A stretch of 64,000 bases of DNA from Pseudomonadota bacterium (GTDB lineage: Bacteria > Campylobacterota > Campylobacteria > Campylobacterales > Sulfurimonadaceae). Each line of letters begins with the position of its first letter. The first letter of the stretch is position 1. Location: positions 148,191 through 212,190 of the forward strand of contig JAZDQA010000006.1 of NCBI GenBank assembly GCA_043797085.1, read 5' to 3'. The position numbers and the translations under genes are program-made. Shown one piece after another: positions 49,559 to 59,863 of the stretch. The notes under the pieces are model-generated. The model made no database searches. It was not told where the DNA came from and saw only the letters and a list, made by a program, of their open reading frames with translations.

Positions 49559-51792
49559 GACCATCCATCTTTATTCTCTCACTTGCTGCATGTGCGGTTT
49601 TAACCGCCAATCCTTTGGGGATAGAGCGCATTATTGTTACCGATACCATCGATGATGGTGATAGCCTCATTATCGATTCCAACCAAAGTGCCAAACAAAC
49701 ATTTGGTGTTAAAAGTATCGCAACTCTCGGGACTCAAGCAAATATGAACCCGTACAGCGTTATCGCTTACTCCCCCTCAGTCAACTTTACCCCTGTCGAT
49801 CAAGCTGGATCGAATGAGCCCTCCTATCACGATCCAATCCGTATTCGCGGTAAAAGTCAAAGCGGTCCTGGTGGCGTTTATATGATCGACGGTATGCCGA
49901 TTTCCAGTAATCCAGGGGGTGGTAAACAGCTCATGGATATGGAGAACGTTAACTCCATCGATCTGCTCAAAGGGTACCTCCCAGCCGATAAAAACCTTGG
50001 TTTTTCCTCTCTCATCGGTAAAGTCGATATGAACCTCCTCTCCGCAAAATCCAAAGCGGGGGCTGAAGTCTCTCAAAGCTTCGGCAGTGATGATTTTATG
50101 CGAACGTTTGTCCGATTTGATTCGGGCAAAATCGGAGATGTAGCAGTTTTCGGCTCATTTTCCCATCTCACGAATGATAAAACAAAAGGAGAAGGGGATC
50201 TCAAACGGCTCAATGGCACGGTAGGACTAACCTATGAGCCAAATAGTAGTTTCAAAACTAAAATCACCGCGATTAGTAATTCGGATACCCATCACAATTA
50301 CTACAACCTCTCGTATAGCGAAGCAAACAATTTAGGCACCTATTTCGGCAAAGATTATGCGACAACCAAACCGACAACGTCGAATAATGTCAACTATTAC
50401 GACTGGAATAAACAACATTTTAATTCTGTAGCACTGATGGGAGAGATGGAGTATAAACCTAGTAAAAATGATCTTATCACCATCAAATCCTACTATAAAA
50501 AAGACAAGGGAGATTATTGGTATTCGAATGTCAGTGCGGATGGCAATGCGAGTAAAAATCGTGTCATAAACTGGCAAATTGACCACGATCTTTTCGGGGT
50601 TATCGCTGCTGAAGAACATACTTTCTCTGATGCGTTGAAAACGAAAATCGGATATTGGTACCACAAACAACTCCCTCCCGGACCTCCAAGTGACCAAGAA
50701 AAATATAAAGTTGTCAACGGTGCATTAGTATTTGATGGATACTCTGTCCTCGCTGACAACGATTATCATGTATTACAGGCACCATTCGTAGAAGCAAGTG
50801 GGGCACTGGATAATTTTACTTATGTTGTCGGATTACAATACCAAACGTTCAAACTCGGTTCTCTCAAAAGTCATACATCAAATTCTAACGCAACAACCAG
50901 TTCGGATTATGATACTGCACTTGCTGCAACTAATGTCGATGCACTTGCCAGTGTAGATGCTAAAACATTTAACACATGGATTCCATCGCTGTATCTTGGA
51001 TTCCAAGCAACACCAGCCACATCCATCTATCTTGATTACTCACGCACGTATGGATTTGATGTCAACCTTTTCCCTACGTATGTCTCTAATCGCGCTAATT
51101 TTGCCAGCAAAGCATCATTACAACAACTTTGGGACAAACTCGATTTGGAACTCTCCGATAATATTGATGTAGGGGTTAAAACCACCGTTGGAGGAATCAC
51201 ACTCAATCCTCTCCTCTTTGTCTCTTTTGTCCAAAACAAACAAGCCAATGTTTTTGATCCGCAATACAATATCGCTTATCCTGCCAATGTTGGGGATGCA
51301 CTGGGATATGGAGCCGAATTTTCAGCCTATGGACCGATCAATGAAAATCTCGAATTACTCGTAGCGCTTTCGTACAATCAGTATAAATTTACCCAAAACT
51401 TTGCAAGCAGTGCAACAACTACCGTCAACACTGATGGCAAACAGCTTCCTGATGCGCCAGAGTATATGGCAAAAGCTGCCCTCTCCTATCATCTAGGTGA
51501 TTGGACATTTACTCCAAGCGCTCGCTATACCTCAAGCCGTTGGGGTGATGTACAAAATACCCAAAAAGTGGATGCCTTCACCGTTGTAGATTTCGATATG
51601 GCATACCGTATATCACAGTTTATGGGGTCACATAATGCCCTTTTCCGTCTCACTGCGACCAATTTGACCAATGAAAAAACCATCGCAACGATCAATGCAG
51701 TAGACAACTATTTGGTAGCAACTGGTTCACCTACTACCTATCAAACCGGAGCTCCTTTGGGTGTTTACGGCAGTATTAATCTGAAATTCTAA
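49555..51792 (+). CDS. TonB-dependent receptor
   Basis: Signal peptide, plug IRIRG..MIDGMP..IDLLKG, NLTNE, C-terminal Phe. Confidence 0.88.
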   Translation: MRPSIFILSLAACAVLTANPLGIERIIVTDTIDDGDSLIIDSNQSAKQTFGVKSIATLGTQANMNPYSVIAYSPSVNFTPVDQAGSNEPSYHDPIRIRGKSQSGPGGVYMIDGMPISSNPGGGKQLMDMENVNSIDLLKGYLPADKNLGFSSLIGKVDMNLLSAKSKAGAEVSQSFGSDDFMRTFVRFDSGKIGDVAVFGSFSHLTNDKTKGEGDLKRLNGTVGLTYEPNSSFKTKITAISNSDTHHNYYNLSYSEANNLGTYFGKDYATTKPTTSNNVNYYDWNKQHFNSVALMGEMEYKPSKNDLITIKSYYKKDKGDYWYSNVSADGNASKNRVINWQIDHDLFGVIAAEEHTFSDALKTKIGYWYHKQLPPGPPSDQEKYKVVNGALVFDGYSVLADNDYHVLQAPFVEASGALDNFTYVVGLQYQTFKLGSLKSHTSNSNATTSSDYDTALAATNVDALASVDAKTFNTWIPSLYLGFQATPATSIYLDYSRTYGFDVNLFPTYVSNRANFASKASLQQLWDKLDLELSDNIDVGVKTTVGGITLNPLLFVSFVQNKQANVFDPQYNIAYPANVGDALGYGAEFSAYGPINENLELLVALSYNQYKFTQNFASSATTTVNTDGKQLPDAPEYMAKAALSYHLGDWTFTPSARYTSSRWGDVQNTQKVDAFTVVDFDMAYRISQFMGSHNALFRLTATNLTNEKTIATINAVDNYLVATGSPTTYQTGAPLGVYGSINLKF

Positions 51793-51800
51793 GGGGCATA

Positions 51801-52820
51801 ATGTTGCGATTCAAAACGTTCTCGATACTCTCCTCTGCCATGATGGTGTTATTACTCATCATGGTTGTCTCACTTTTATGGGGGCAGTATCCGATCGATT
51901 TACCTACTTTTATGGGCTATTTAGAGTTTAAACTCTTGGGCGGTGCGGGCAATGATACCTACACTTTGCTGGATAACATCATCCTCCAAATCCGCCTCCC
52001 CCGTGTACTGCTTGCGATCCTCATCGGTGCATCACTCGCGGTTTCAGGTGCCGCATTTCAGGCAATGTTTGTCAATCCTCTCGTCTCTCCTGGGATTTTA
52101 GGGGTATTGGCGGGCGCATCGTTTGGCGCAGCACTGGGAATGCTCATCTCGCAACAATGGTATATTGTACAAATTTTGGCATTTGTTTTTGGATTTGTTG
52201 CTGTAGGTGTGGCAGTGCTCATTGGTGGAATGGTAACCAACTCTCGCTCGACGATTATGCTCGTCCTTGGCGGTGTTATCAGCGGTTCGCTCTTTACTGC
52301 ACTGCTTTCGGTTATCAAATACATGGCAGATCCCTACAGCACACTCCCTGCCATCGTTTACTGGCTGATGGGAAGTTTAACCATGGCGGATCTGTCAGGA
52401 GTTTTGATGGTCAGTATCCCGATGCTTCTTAGTATCTTAGGAATGATTGCCCTCTCCAAATACTTCGATCTTCTTAGTCTCGGGGACGAAGAGGCAAAAG
52501 CACTTGGGGTAAACGTTAACCTCATCCGTTTTCTCGCAATCATCCTCGCAACATTAGCAAGCTCCCTCTCCGTCGTGATGGCAGGGATGATCGGGTGGGT
52601 AGGACTCATCATCCCCCACATCATCCGTATGGCTGTTGGTCCGTCTCATCGATTATTAATTCCACTTTCAGCGATTGTCGGAGCCATCTTTTTACTGTTA
52701 GCGGACACGGTATCACGTTTGGCGCTAAGCGTCGAAATACCCATCGGGATTCTTACGTCGCTCATTGGTATCCCCGTCTTTATCATCGTACTTAAAAATG
52801 CGAGGGCAGCATGGAACTAA
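51801..52820 (+). CDS. Type II ABC permease (FecCD/BtuC/MolB-like)
   Basis: IRLPRVL, NPLVSPGILGV, GWVGLIIPH, EIPIGILTSLIG. Confidence 0.92.
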   Translation: MLRFKTFSILSSAMMVLLLIMVVSLLWGQYPIDLPTFMGYLEFKLLGGAGNDTYTLLDNIILQIRLPRVLLAILIGASLAVSGAAFQAMFVNPLVSPGILGVLAGASFGAALGMLISQQWYIVQILAFVFGFVAVGVAVLIGGMVTNSRSTIMLVLGGVISGSLFTALLSVIKYMADPYSTLPAIVYWLMGSLTMADLSGVLMVSIPMLLSILGMIALSKYFDLLSLGDEEAKALGVNVNLIRFLAIILATLASSLSVVMAGMIGWVGLIIPHIIRMAVGPSHRLLIPLSAIVGAIFLLLADTVSRLALSVEIPIGILTSLIGIPVFIIVLKNARAAWN

Positions 52821-53602
52821 ATCCGATAATCAGTGTCAATGACCTCCATTTTTCCTATCCGAAACGTCCAGTATTAGAAGGGATCGATTTTACCCTCAAT
52901 CAAGGTGAGGTAGTAAGTCTGCTGGGACCAAACGGATGCGGGAAAAGTACCCTCATTCGACTTATTTTGAAACTTATTCATCCGCATCAAGGGGAGATAT
53001 GGTTGGATAATAAAACCATCCACCGCTACTCGCACCGTGAAATCGCTAAACATATCGCCTACATTCCTCAGTACAATAACGTCCCGTTCAACTATAGTGT
53101 ACTAGAGATGGTGATGATGGGACGCGTTGCTAAACACGGTTTTTTCGCTGCACCCTCTGCACGCGACCGAGATATTGCCCATGAGTCACTCACACAAATT
53201 GGCATTGACGATCTTGCACATCGCCCTTTTGGTCAACTCAGTGGCGGACAAAAACAAATGGTACTACTCGCCCGCGCCCTCACCCAAGAGGTCAATACCT
53301 TTATCATGGATGAGCCGGTATCGGGTCTGGATTACGGAAACCAAATCCGGTTGTTGGAGCTAATAGCCAATCTGTCACACCAAGGCTACACCTTTCTCAA
53401 AACAACCCACTACCCCGATCATGCCCTCATGGTTTCCAGCCGTGTTGTCGTCATGAACGAAGGGAAAATCATCGCCAACGGTAAACCCGAAGAGGTCATC
53501 ACCTCCTCAATGATTCGTGAGGTTTACGGAATCGAAGCGGATCTCATCAATCACAATCGCCAAACGTGGTGCATCCCAACATTTAACAAAGGAGCGATAT
53601 AA
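52811..53602 (+). CDS. Type II ABC ATP-binding protein (MolC/FecE-like)
   Basis: GPNGCGKST, LSGGQKQ, MDEP, TTHYPDHA. Confidence 0.92.
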   Translation: MELNPIISVNDLHFSYPKRPVLEGIDFTLNQGEVVSLLGPNGCGKSTLIRLILKLIHPHQGEIWLDNKTIHRYSHREIAKHIAYIPQYNNVPFNYSVLEMVMMGRVAKHGFFAAPSARDRDIAHESLTQIGIDDLAHRPFGQLSGGQKQMVLLARALTQEVNTFIMDEPVSGLDYGNQIRLLELIANLSHQGYTFLKTTHYPDHALMVSSRVVVMNEGKIIANGKPEEVITSSMIREVYGIEADLINHNRQTWCIPTFNKGAI

Positions 53603-53656
53603 AATTGTTCATCTTTCTTATCACCTTATTCAAGAATGATGTACTTTTAAAACTAT

Positions 53657-53680
53657 CGTTATATCAAAAAGGATATAAAA
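53657..53680 (+). promoter_or_regulatory. ModE-type box overlapping the SD of the LLM gene
   Basis: CGTTATAT-CAAAAAGG-ATATAAAA. Confidence 0.6.
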
Positions 53681-54687
53681 TGAAAATAGGTCTATTTTGT
53701 CTTACCGAGCATTTCGGAGGAAGCGTTCAAGAGAGTATTATGGAGCAACTCCGACTCGTCGAACTTGCCGATGAATTGGGATTTGATGAAGCGTGGTTTG
53801 GGGAGCACCATTTTAACGGTTTTAGCGTCGTCCCCGATCCCGCACTTATGATCGGTTACGCAGCGGCGCGTACCGGATGTATCCGACTGGGTACGGCTGG
53901 ATTTCTTGCCCCTTTTTATCATCCGGTTCGTCTTGCTGAAAGTATCTCTGTACTGGACAATATCAGTGATGGACGGATTAATGCAGGATTTGCCAAAGGG
54001 GGATTCGCCCCCGATAACAAACACTTTAGTCGTGATCCTGACAATCTCCGTAATGCGATGTTTGAGATTACTGAAGCGGTAGATGAGCTTTTGCATACTA
54101 ACAACCCAATGTACAGTGGGGCATTTGCCTCATTTAACAATATTAATCTCCAACCAAAACCACTCCAAAAACGGATCCCATTTTTCGTGGCGACCTTCGC
54201 CAACCCCGATACGATCCGTTTTGCCGCACGACACGGCTATGGATTACTGATGTCACAAGGTGCGAGTATAGAGGATTGCGTCGAGGCACAAAAACTCTAT
54301 CGCTCTATCGCCGAAGTAGACCCTGAGATAGTACTCATGAGGGTATTTTGCGTTGCCGATACCTATGATGAAGCGTATACGATTGCCAGACCCTCCGTCG
54401 ATCATTTCGTCAAATCGATGCGTGCCGTCTCTGCCCAAATCCCTCAACCGATTTATGATCAAGATAAATACGATGCAATACTCGCCGAACGTGAAGCTTT
54501 TTTTGACGGAGAAAAGTTTTTTGACAATGCTATTTTAGGAACTACACAGCAGTGTATCGCCACCATTAAAACCATCCAAAAGGAGCTTACCAACGTCCAC
54601 TTAGTTCTCAAACCCTCATCCGCCGATACAGGTCAAAATCGGTTGATGTTGTGTCAGTTTAATGCACAAATCCGACCACATATTTAA
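53680..54687 (+). CDS. Luciferase-like (LLM class) flavin-dependent monooxygenase
   Basis: ADELGFDEAWFGEHHF, IRLGTA, HPVRLAE..LD.IS.GR; ATG 53680. Confidence 0.9.
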   Translation: MKIGLFCLTEHFGGSVQESIMEQLRLVELADELGFDEAWFGEHHFNGFSVVPDPALMIGYAAARTGCIRLGTAGFLAPFYHPVRLAESISVLDNISDGRINAGFAKGGFAPDNKHFSRDPDNLRNAMFEITEAVDELLHTNNPMYSGAFASFNNINLQPKPLQKRIPFFVATFANPDTIRFAARHGYGLLMSQGASIEDCVEAQKLYRSIAEVDPEIVLMRVFCVADTYDEAYTIARPSVDHFVKSMRAVSAQIPQPIYDQDKYDAILAEREAFFDGEKFFDNAILGTTQQCIATIKTIQKELTNVHLVLKPSSADTGQNRLMLCQFNAQIRPHI

Positions 54688-54703
54688 GACAAAAGGAAGA
54701 AAA

Positions 54704-56683
54704 ATGAAAAAACACCTACTACTCCTATCGCTGGCTGCTTCTGCGGTACTGGCGGATACTTTTACGTTGGGACAAGTTAATGTTCTAAATACGCCGATCA
54801 ATGAAAGCCCGTTTGAGCAAACCATAACAACTGAAAGCATTGCACAACAAAACAGTGAAACGGTATCCGATGCATTGGATAACATAAGCGGTATCAACCA
54901 AGATGTCCAAGGTGGACGAGGAGAATCAACCCTTTATATGCGTGGATTTGATGCACGCCGTATCGGGGTTTTTATCGACGGTATCCCTATTTATGTTCCT
55001 TATGACGGAAATTTCGATTATGACCGTTTTTTAACCTCAGACATCGCACAAATCGATGTATCAAAAGGGTACTCTTCGATAGCTTACGGGTCTAACACTA
55101 TGGGAGGCGTTGTCAATATCATTTCCAAACGTCCATCTAAAGCATTAGAAGGAGATATTAAAGCAGGCATGGTATTAGACAGCGATGTATCACTATCTCG
55201 TAAAACAGCTTCACTAAATCTCGGTACACGACAAGATCACCTCTATGCACAACTGGGTGCGACATATAGCAATCAAAACCATTATCGCATGAGCGATGAC
55301 TATACACAAGTCTCCGGTAGCGTACAACCACAAGGTGATCGATTGCGCTCAGAAACAGAAGATTATAAAGTGAGTTTAAAAGGGGGATATCTTGCCGATG
55401 ACGGCAGCGAGATCGCTATTGGGTATTCAAACCAAAACGGACAAAAACAACAGCCTCCGGTAAGTGATCCCGCCTACTCTCAAGCGAAATACTGGGATTG
55501 GCCGTACTGGGATAAAGAGACCGTTTTTATCACCGGGCAAAAAAATCTCGGCTCTGGCTATCTTAAAGCATTGGCATATTATGACAATATTCAAAATTCT
55601 CTTTATTCATATGCCAATAATACCTACTCGACATTTAACAATTTTGGATCTACATTCAAAAGTCGCTATGACGACTACAGCTATGGTGGACGACTTGAAT
55701 ACGGTGTTGAATTAGCAAATAATTTTTTAACTGCTGCCGTAAATTATAAAAAAGATTCTCACAAAGGGTACGACATCAGTAAAACAACCAATGTCGAAAC
55801 CATGACCGAAAACTATGAAGATCACACCATCTCATTAGGAATCGAAGACACCTATACCATCAATGCACAATGGCAACTACTCGGCGGGGTGAGTTACGAC
55901 CGACGTGAAGGGGATAAAATCTATGATACCAACACCGCGTATCTCAATATGCTCGCACTCGAAACGCAAAGCGCTTACAATCCGCAAACCGCATTGATTT
56001 TTACACCGGATGCAACCTCTAAAATCCGTGCCAGCGTCTCCCAAAAAACCTATATGCCCTCAATGAAAGATCGCTATTCTCGTAAATTCAATAGTTCTGT
56101 TCCAAACGTAAATCTCCAAAACGAAGTAGCTACACACTATGAGTTAAGCTATCAAAAACAACTCGGAGCATTTAGCACTCGACTAAACGGTTTCTTCACT
56201 CGTCAAGACGACGCTATTCAAAGTGTCGTGTATGCACCAAATCCTGCCTATACTCAAAACCAAAATGTCGGTAGTTTCGATCACCGTGGTATTGAAACTG
56301 AGTTAAACTATAAATCTGACGGATTGGAAGCGGGTGGAAACTACACCTATATCTCCATCAAAAACCGTACGAATGAAGCGATCAAACAAATCGACGTACC
56401 AAAACATCAACTCTTCACTTTCGTACAAAAAGAGCTTGGTAGCGGTTTTTCAGTACACGGCAATATGAAATTCCGCAAAGGGGCGTATGAGCAAAAAGCC
56501 GATAAATCGTATGTGACAAATCCCACTTTCACCACCTTTGATTTGAAAGCAACGTATAAAGCAACGGATGCTATTACGGCAGAAGTTGGAATCAAAAACC
56601 TCACGGACAAACTCTACGCCTATGACTTGGGTTTCCCGATGGCAGGGCGTGAGTTTTTCGCCAATATCGGGTATAAATTTTAA
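54704..56683 (+). CDS. TonB-dependent receptor
   Basis: Signal peptide, MRGFDARRIGVFIDGIP, GSNTMGGVVNII, KNLTDK, GREFFANIGYKF. Confidence 0.92.
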   Translation: MKKHLLLLSLAASAVLADTFTLGQVNVLNTPINESPFEQTITTESIAQQNSETVSDALDNISGINQDVQGGRGESTLYMRGFDARRIGVFIDGIPIYVPYDGNFDYDRFLTSDIAQIDVSKGYSSIAYGSNTMGGVVNIISKRPSKALEGDIKAGMVLDSDVSLSRKTASLNLGTRQDHLYAQLGATYSNQNHYRMSDDYTQVSGSVQPQGDRLRSETEDYKVSLKGGYLADDGSEIAIGYSNQNGQKQQPPVSDPAYSQAKYWDWPYWDKETVFITGQKNLGSGYLKALAYYDNIQNSLYSYANNTYSTFNNFGSTFKSRYDDYSYGGRLEYGVELANNFLTAAVNYKKDSHKGYDISKTTNVETMTENYEDHTISLGIEDTYTINAQWQLLGGVSYDRREGDKIYDTNTAYLNMLALETQSAYNPQTALIFTPDATSKIRASVSQKTYMPSMKDRYSRKFNSSVPNVNLQNEVATHYELSYQKQLGAFSTRLNGFFTRQDDAIQSVVYAPNPAYTQNQNVGSFDHRGIETELNYKSDGLEAGGNYTYISIKNRTNEAIKQIDVPKHQLFTFVQKELGSGFSVHGNMKFRKGAYEQKADKSYVTNPTFTTFDLKATYKATDAITAEVGIKNLTDKLYAYDLGFPMAGREFFANIGYKF

Positions 56684-57489
56684 TGCAAAGTTTCATTAAA
56701 TACCTCATTATTCTCTTGATGGGAACCATCACTGTTACGGCGGCTGAGCAACCTATTCGGGTTGCCATCATCGGTGGTATGACCATGAGCGGAATGTGGC
56801 AAAAAGTAGCTGCATCGTTCGAATCTACCTATCATATTCCAATAGAAATAGTCATCACGGGTACAAAACACGAACTGGATGAGTACACTCGATCCCATCC
56901 GGTCGATTTACTCACCATGCACTCCAGCGATACGATGGTAGAACTAGCATCAGAGGGTTATGTTGAAAAACTGACACCTTGGGCACACAACGCTCAAATG
57001 ATCCTCGGCAGCATTGCCAATCCCGCACAGATCAGTGAAAACGAACCGTTATCCTCTGCATTGGATAAAATCAACCGCTCTAATACCCCATTTTTCATCC
57101 ATGCTAGCGGTGGAACATTTGAGGTATACACTCAATTGTCCTATCAATACGGTTTTAATCCGACAGATCAAACCATCGTTTTTACGACTCAAAAGAGAGG
57201 GTTTATGAAAGATGTCGTAAAAGCAAACGGATATACCCTCTATGGAGTTATTCCATTTTTAATGCAAAAACAACATCATCCCGCTATCAAAGGGTTTATT
57301 TATGATGACCCAAAACTGCGACGTCCCTATTTGGCGGCCATTGGAAGCCAATCGAAAATCGGTAAAGAGCAATATGAAAAGAGTTTGAAACTACTCAATT
57401 TTTTGACCTCAGACTCGACGCAAAAAATGCTCAAAGATTTTCGTATTGACGGATTCGAAAAAATACCTCTATTTTTCCCAAACCGATAG
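56683..57489 (+). CDS. Orphan periplasmic substrate-binding protein (TupA/PBP2-like)
   Basis: Signal peptide, IRVAIIGGM..SG, VDLLTMHSSD, NPAQI, LRRPY. Confidence 0.6.
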   Translation: MQSFIKYLIILLMGTITVTAAEQPIRVAIIGGMTMSGMWQKVAASFESTYHIPIEIVITGTKHELDEYTRSHPVDLLTMHSSDTMVELASEGYVEKLTPWAHNAQMILGSIANPAQISENEPLSSALDKINRSNTPFFIHASGGTFEVYTQLSYQYGFNPTDQTIVFTTQKRGFMKDVVKANGYTLYGVIPFLMQKQHHPAIKGFIYDDPKLRRPYLAAIGSQSKIGKEQYEKSLKLLNFLTSDSTQKMLKDFRIDGFEKIPLFFPNR

Positions 57490-57550
57490 TGCGGAAACAA
57501 TAGTCGTTGACTCACCCCATAGAGTCTCAAAACATAACAAAGGAAAAAAA

Positions 57551-58030
57551 ATGAAAAGTGTATTAGTTGTTTTATTGTTAGTAACAGGATTATTTGCCAA
57601 AGAGGCTGTTTTACCTACGGAATTGATGGCGTGGAAAACGCTATCGTTTGTCAATACGGCTAAAAGTGCAAATGAACTCTCCGAAGCTTCGTTAGTACTC
57701 GACAAAGCTTCCTACGTCGGATTGATCAACACACCGAAAATACAATACGTTGTACGCCCGATGAATGAGGGGGGAACGGTGAGTTACGGCGGTCTTTTTC
57801 AAATCGAGATCAAAGAGAGCGGTACTTACCGCGTAATATTGGGTAATGCTTCATGGATTGAGTTAGTAAAAGAGGGAAAATCGGCGAAATCAGTAGCACA
57901 TTCCCAAGGTCCTGAAAACTCAGGGATACGAAAAATGGTCGATTATCTGTTAGAAACTGGAATCTACACATTGCAACTCTCCGCCGGAGCCGATACCACC
58001 AGTGCCGTTTTAATAACAAAAATCAAATAA
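57551..58030 (+). CDS. Exported beta-rich hypothetical protein
   Basis: Signal peptide; GGTVSYGG, GTYRV.LG..SWIE, GIRKMVD; ATG 57551 after AAGGA. Confidence 0.65.
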   Translation: MKSVLVVLLLVTGLFAKEAVLPTELMAWKTLSFVNTAKSANELSEASLVLDKASYVGLINTPKIQYVVRPMNEGGTVSYGGLFQIEIKESGTYRVILGNASWIELVKEGKSAKSVAHSQGPENSGIRKMVDYLLETGIYTLQLSAGADTTSAVLITKIK

Positions 58031-58039
58031 AGGGCGATT

Positions 58040-59017
58040 ATGAAACACACGATTAGAGCCTTGTTAGTTTTTACAATTTCCCTAACAGGATTGAGTGGAG
58101 AATCTCTCCCAAACCCTACCCAAACACTAAACGCTAAAATCGAACTGGGGCGACGTCTGTTTTACGATGCCGATCTCTCGATTAACGGGACAATGTCATG
58201 TGCCACGTGTCACGAACAACGACGCGCTTTTACCGATGGTAATAGTGCCCATCCCGGTGCATTAGGTGATCAGGGTAAACGAAATGTCCCCGGATTAGCA
58301 AATGTGGGTTTACATAAAAACCTAACGTGGGGACATAATCATCTCAGCGGATTAGCAGAGCAAGCGTTAGCACCGATTCGAGGAACCGATCCTATAGAGA
58401 TGGGGATGAATGGTTATGAGAATGAAATCACCAAACGATTAAGTCAAAACGGCTGTTATCAAAAGCTTTTTTCACTCGCTTTTAATGACCAAAAAGGGGC
58501 TATCAATCTGAGTACTGTTACACAGGCATTAGAGAGTTTTGAAAAAACACTGATTTCTAATAATTCTCTCTATGATCAAAAGATGAGAGCAAAACAACCT
58601 CTTCCGACTAAAGAAGCGAGGGAGGGGAAAAAACTCTTTTTTGGTGCAGCAAAATGCAATACGTGTCACAGCGCACCTCTTTTTAGCGATGACGATTTTC
58701 ATCAGATTCAGCCTAAAAACCAAACCCCAAACCCCGTATTCAAAGATTATGGATTATCCGATGTTACAGGTGATATGAAAGATAAAAATGTTTTTCGTAC
58801 ACCGAGTTTGAGAAATGCTGCATTAACCTCACCGTACTGGCATGATGGAAGTGCTAAAACACTTGATGATGCGATTCGAAAACACAATCTCAAAATCAAT
58901 CAGAGTATGAATGCAAAAGATATTCAAAAAATTATCGCCTTTATAAACACCCTAACGGATAATGATTTCGTGACAAACCCCAACTTCAGCAAACCAAAGG
59001 TTGAGTGTCCATACTAA
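58040..59017 (+). CDS. Di-heme cytochrome c peroxidase family, MbnH-like
   Basis: ELGRRLFYD..LS, CATCH, DPIEMG, CNTCH, FRTPSLRN..YWHDGS. Confidence 0.85.
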   Translation: MKHTIRALLVFTISLTGLSGESLPNPTQTLNAKIELGRRLFYDADLSINGTMSCATCHEQRRAFTDGNSAHPGALGDQGKRNVPGLANVGLHKNLTWGHNHLSGLAEQALAPIRGTDPIEMGMNGYENEITKRLSQNGCYQKLFSLAFNDQKGAINLSTVTQALESFEKTLISNNSLYDQKMRAKQPLPTKEAREGKKLFFGAAKCNTCHSAPLFSDDDFHQIQPKNQTPNPVFKDYGLSDVTGDMKDKNVFRTPSLRNAALTSPYWHDGSAKTLDDAIRKHNLKINQSMNAKDIQKIIAFINTLTDNDFVTNPNFSKPKVECPY

Positions 59018-59068
59018 GTCGGGTAATGGATCGTTTTAGCTATAATAAAGTATTAAAAAGGACTCTAA

Positions 59069-59863
59069 ATGTTTCTTGAATCCATCAATTTTTCCGCCAT
59101 GTACCGTGAGCACAAAGCCACCACCGATTTCAAAGGCAAAACCAGCAGTGATTGGGATGAAAAGTCCGCCGATATGGCGGCATCCGTCATCAACAGCCCT
59201 TATGTAGATGATTTCATCTCCCGTATGAACATCACGGGAGACGAAGTGGTTCTCGACATCGGATGCGGACCGGGAACCCTTGCAATCCCCTTGGCAAAAC
59301 GGGTCAAAGAGGTGATCGCCATTGACTTCTCCGCCCAAATGCTTGAAGAGCTGAAAGCCTACGCCGCGCGCGAAGGGATTACTAATATTAAAACATATCA
59401 TATCGGATGGGAAGATAATTGGAGCATTCTTCCGCAAGCTGACATCGTCGTAGCCTCCCGCTCGATGGAAGTTCCCGATGTCGAAGCGGCTCTGGCTAAA
59501 ATGTCGGCTCATGCGTCAAAAGCGTGCTACCTCACCTACAAAGTAGGGGGAAGTTTCGTCGATATGAATATCCTCGATTACATTGGCAAAAAGGTAAAAA
59601 CCAAACCCGACTACTGGTATATCCCAATCATCCTTTACGCCCAAGGCTACCTCCCCCGTGTCGATTACATCGAGACAGGACGGGGAAGTGTCCGAAGCGG
59701 GAGTGAAGAGGAGTTCGTCGAATCGCTGAATTGGAGTATCGGAAGCCTCGAAGAGGAACAACAAACAAAAGCACGAGAGTATTACCGTGACGTCATCGTG
59801 GGACAAAATCGCCCTCCCCGCGCGATTAACTGGGCATTTATCGGTTGGGAGACAACAAAATGA
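59069..59863 (+). CDS. Class I SAM-dependent methyltransferase
   Basis: VLDIGCGPGTL, AIDFSAQML, DIVVASRS. Confidence 0.88.
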   Translation: MFLESINFSAMYREHKATTDFKGKTSSDWDEKSADMAASVINSPYVDDFISRMNITGDEVVLDIGCGPGTLAIPLAKRVKEVIAIDFSAQMLEELKAYAAREGITNIKTYHIGWEDNWSILPQADIVVASRSMEVPDVEAALAKMSAHASKACYLTYKVGGSFVDMNILDYIGKKVKTKPDYWYIPIILYAQGYLPRVDYIETGRGSVRSGSEEEFVESLNWSIGSLEEEQQTKAREYYRDVIVGQNRPPRAINWAFIGWETTK

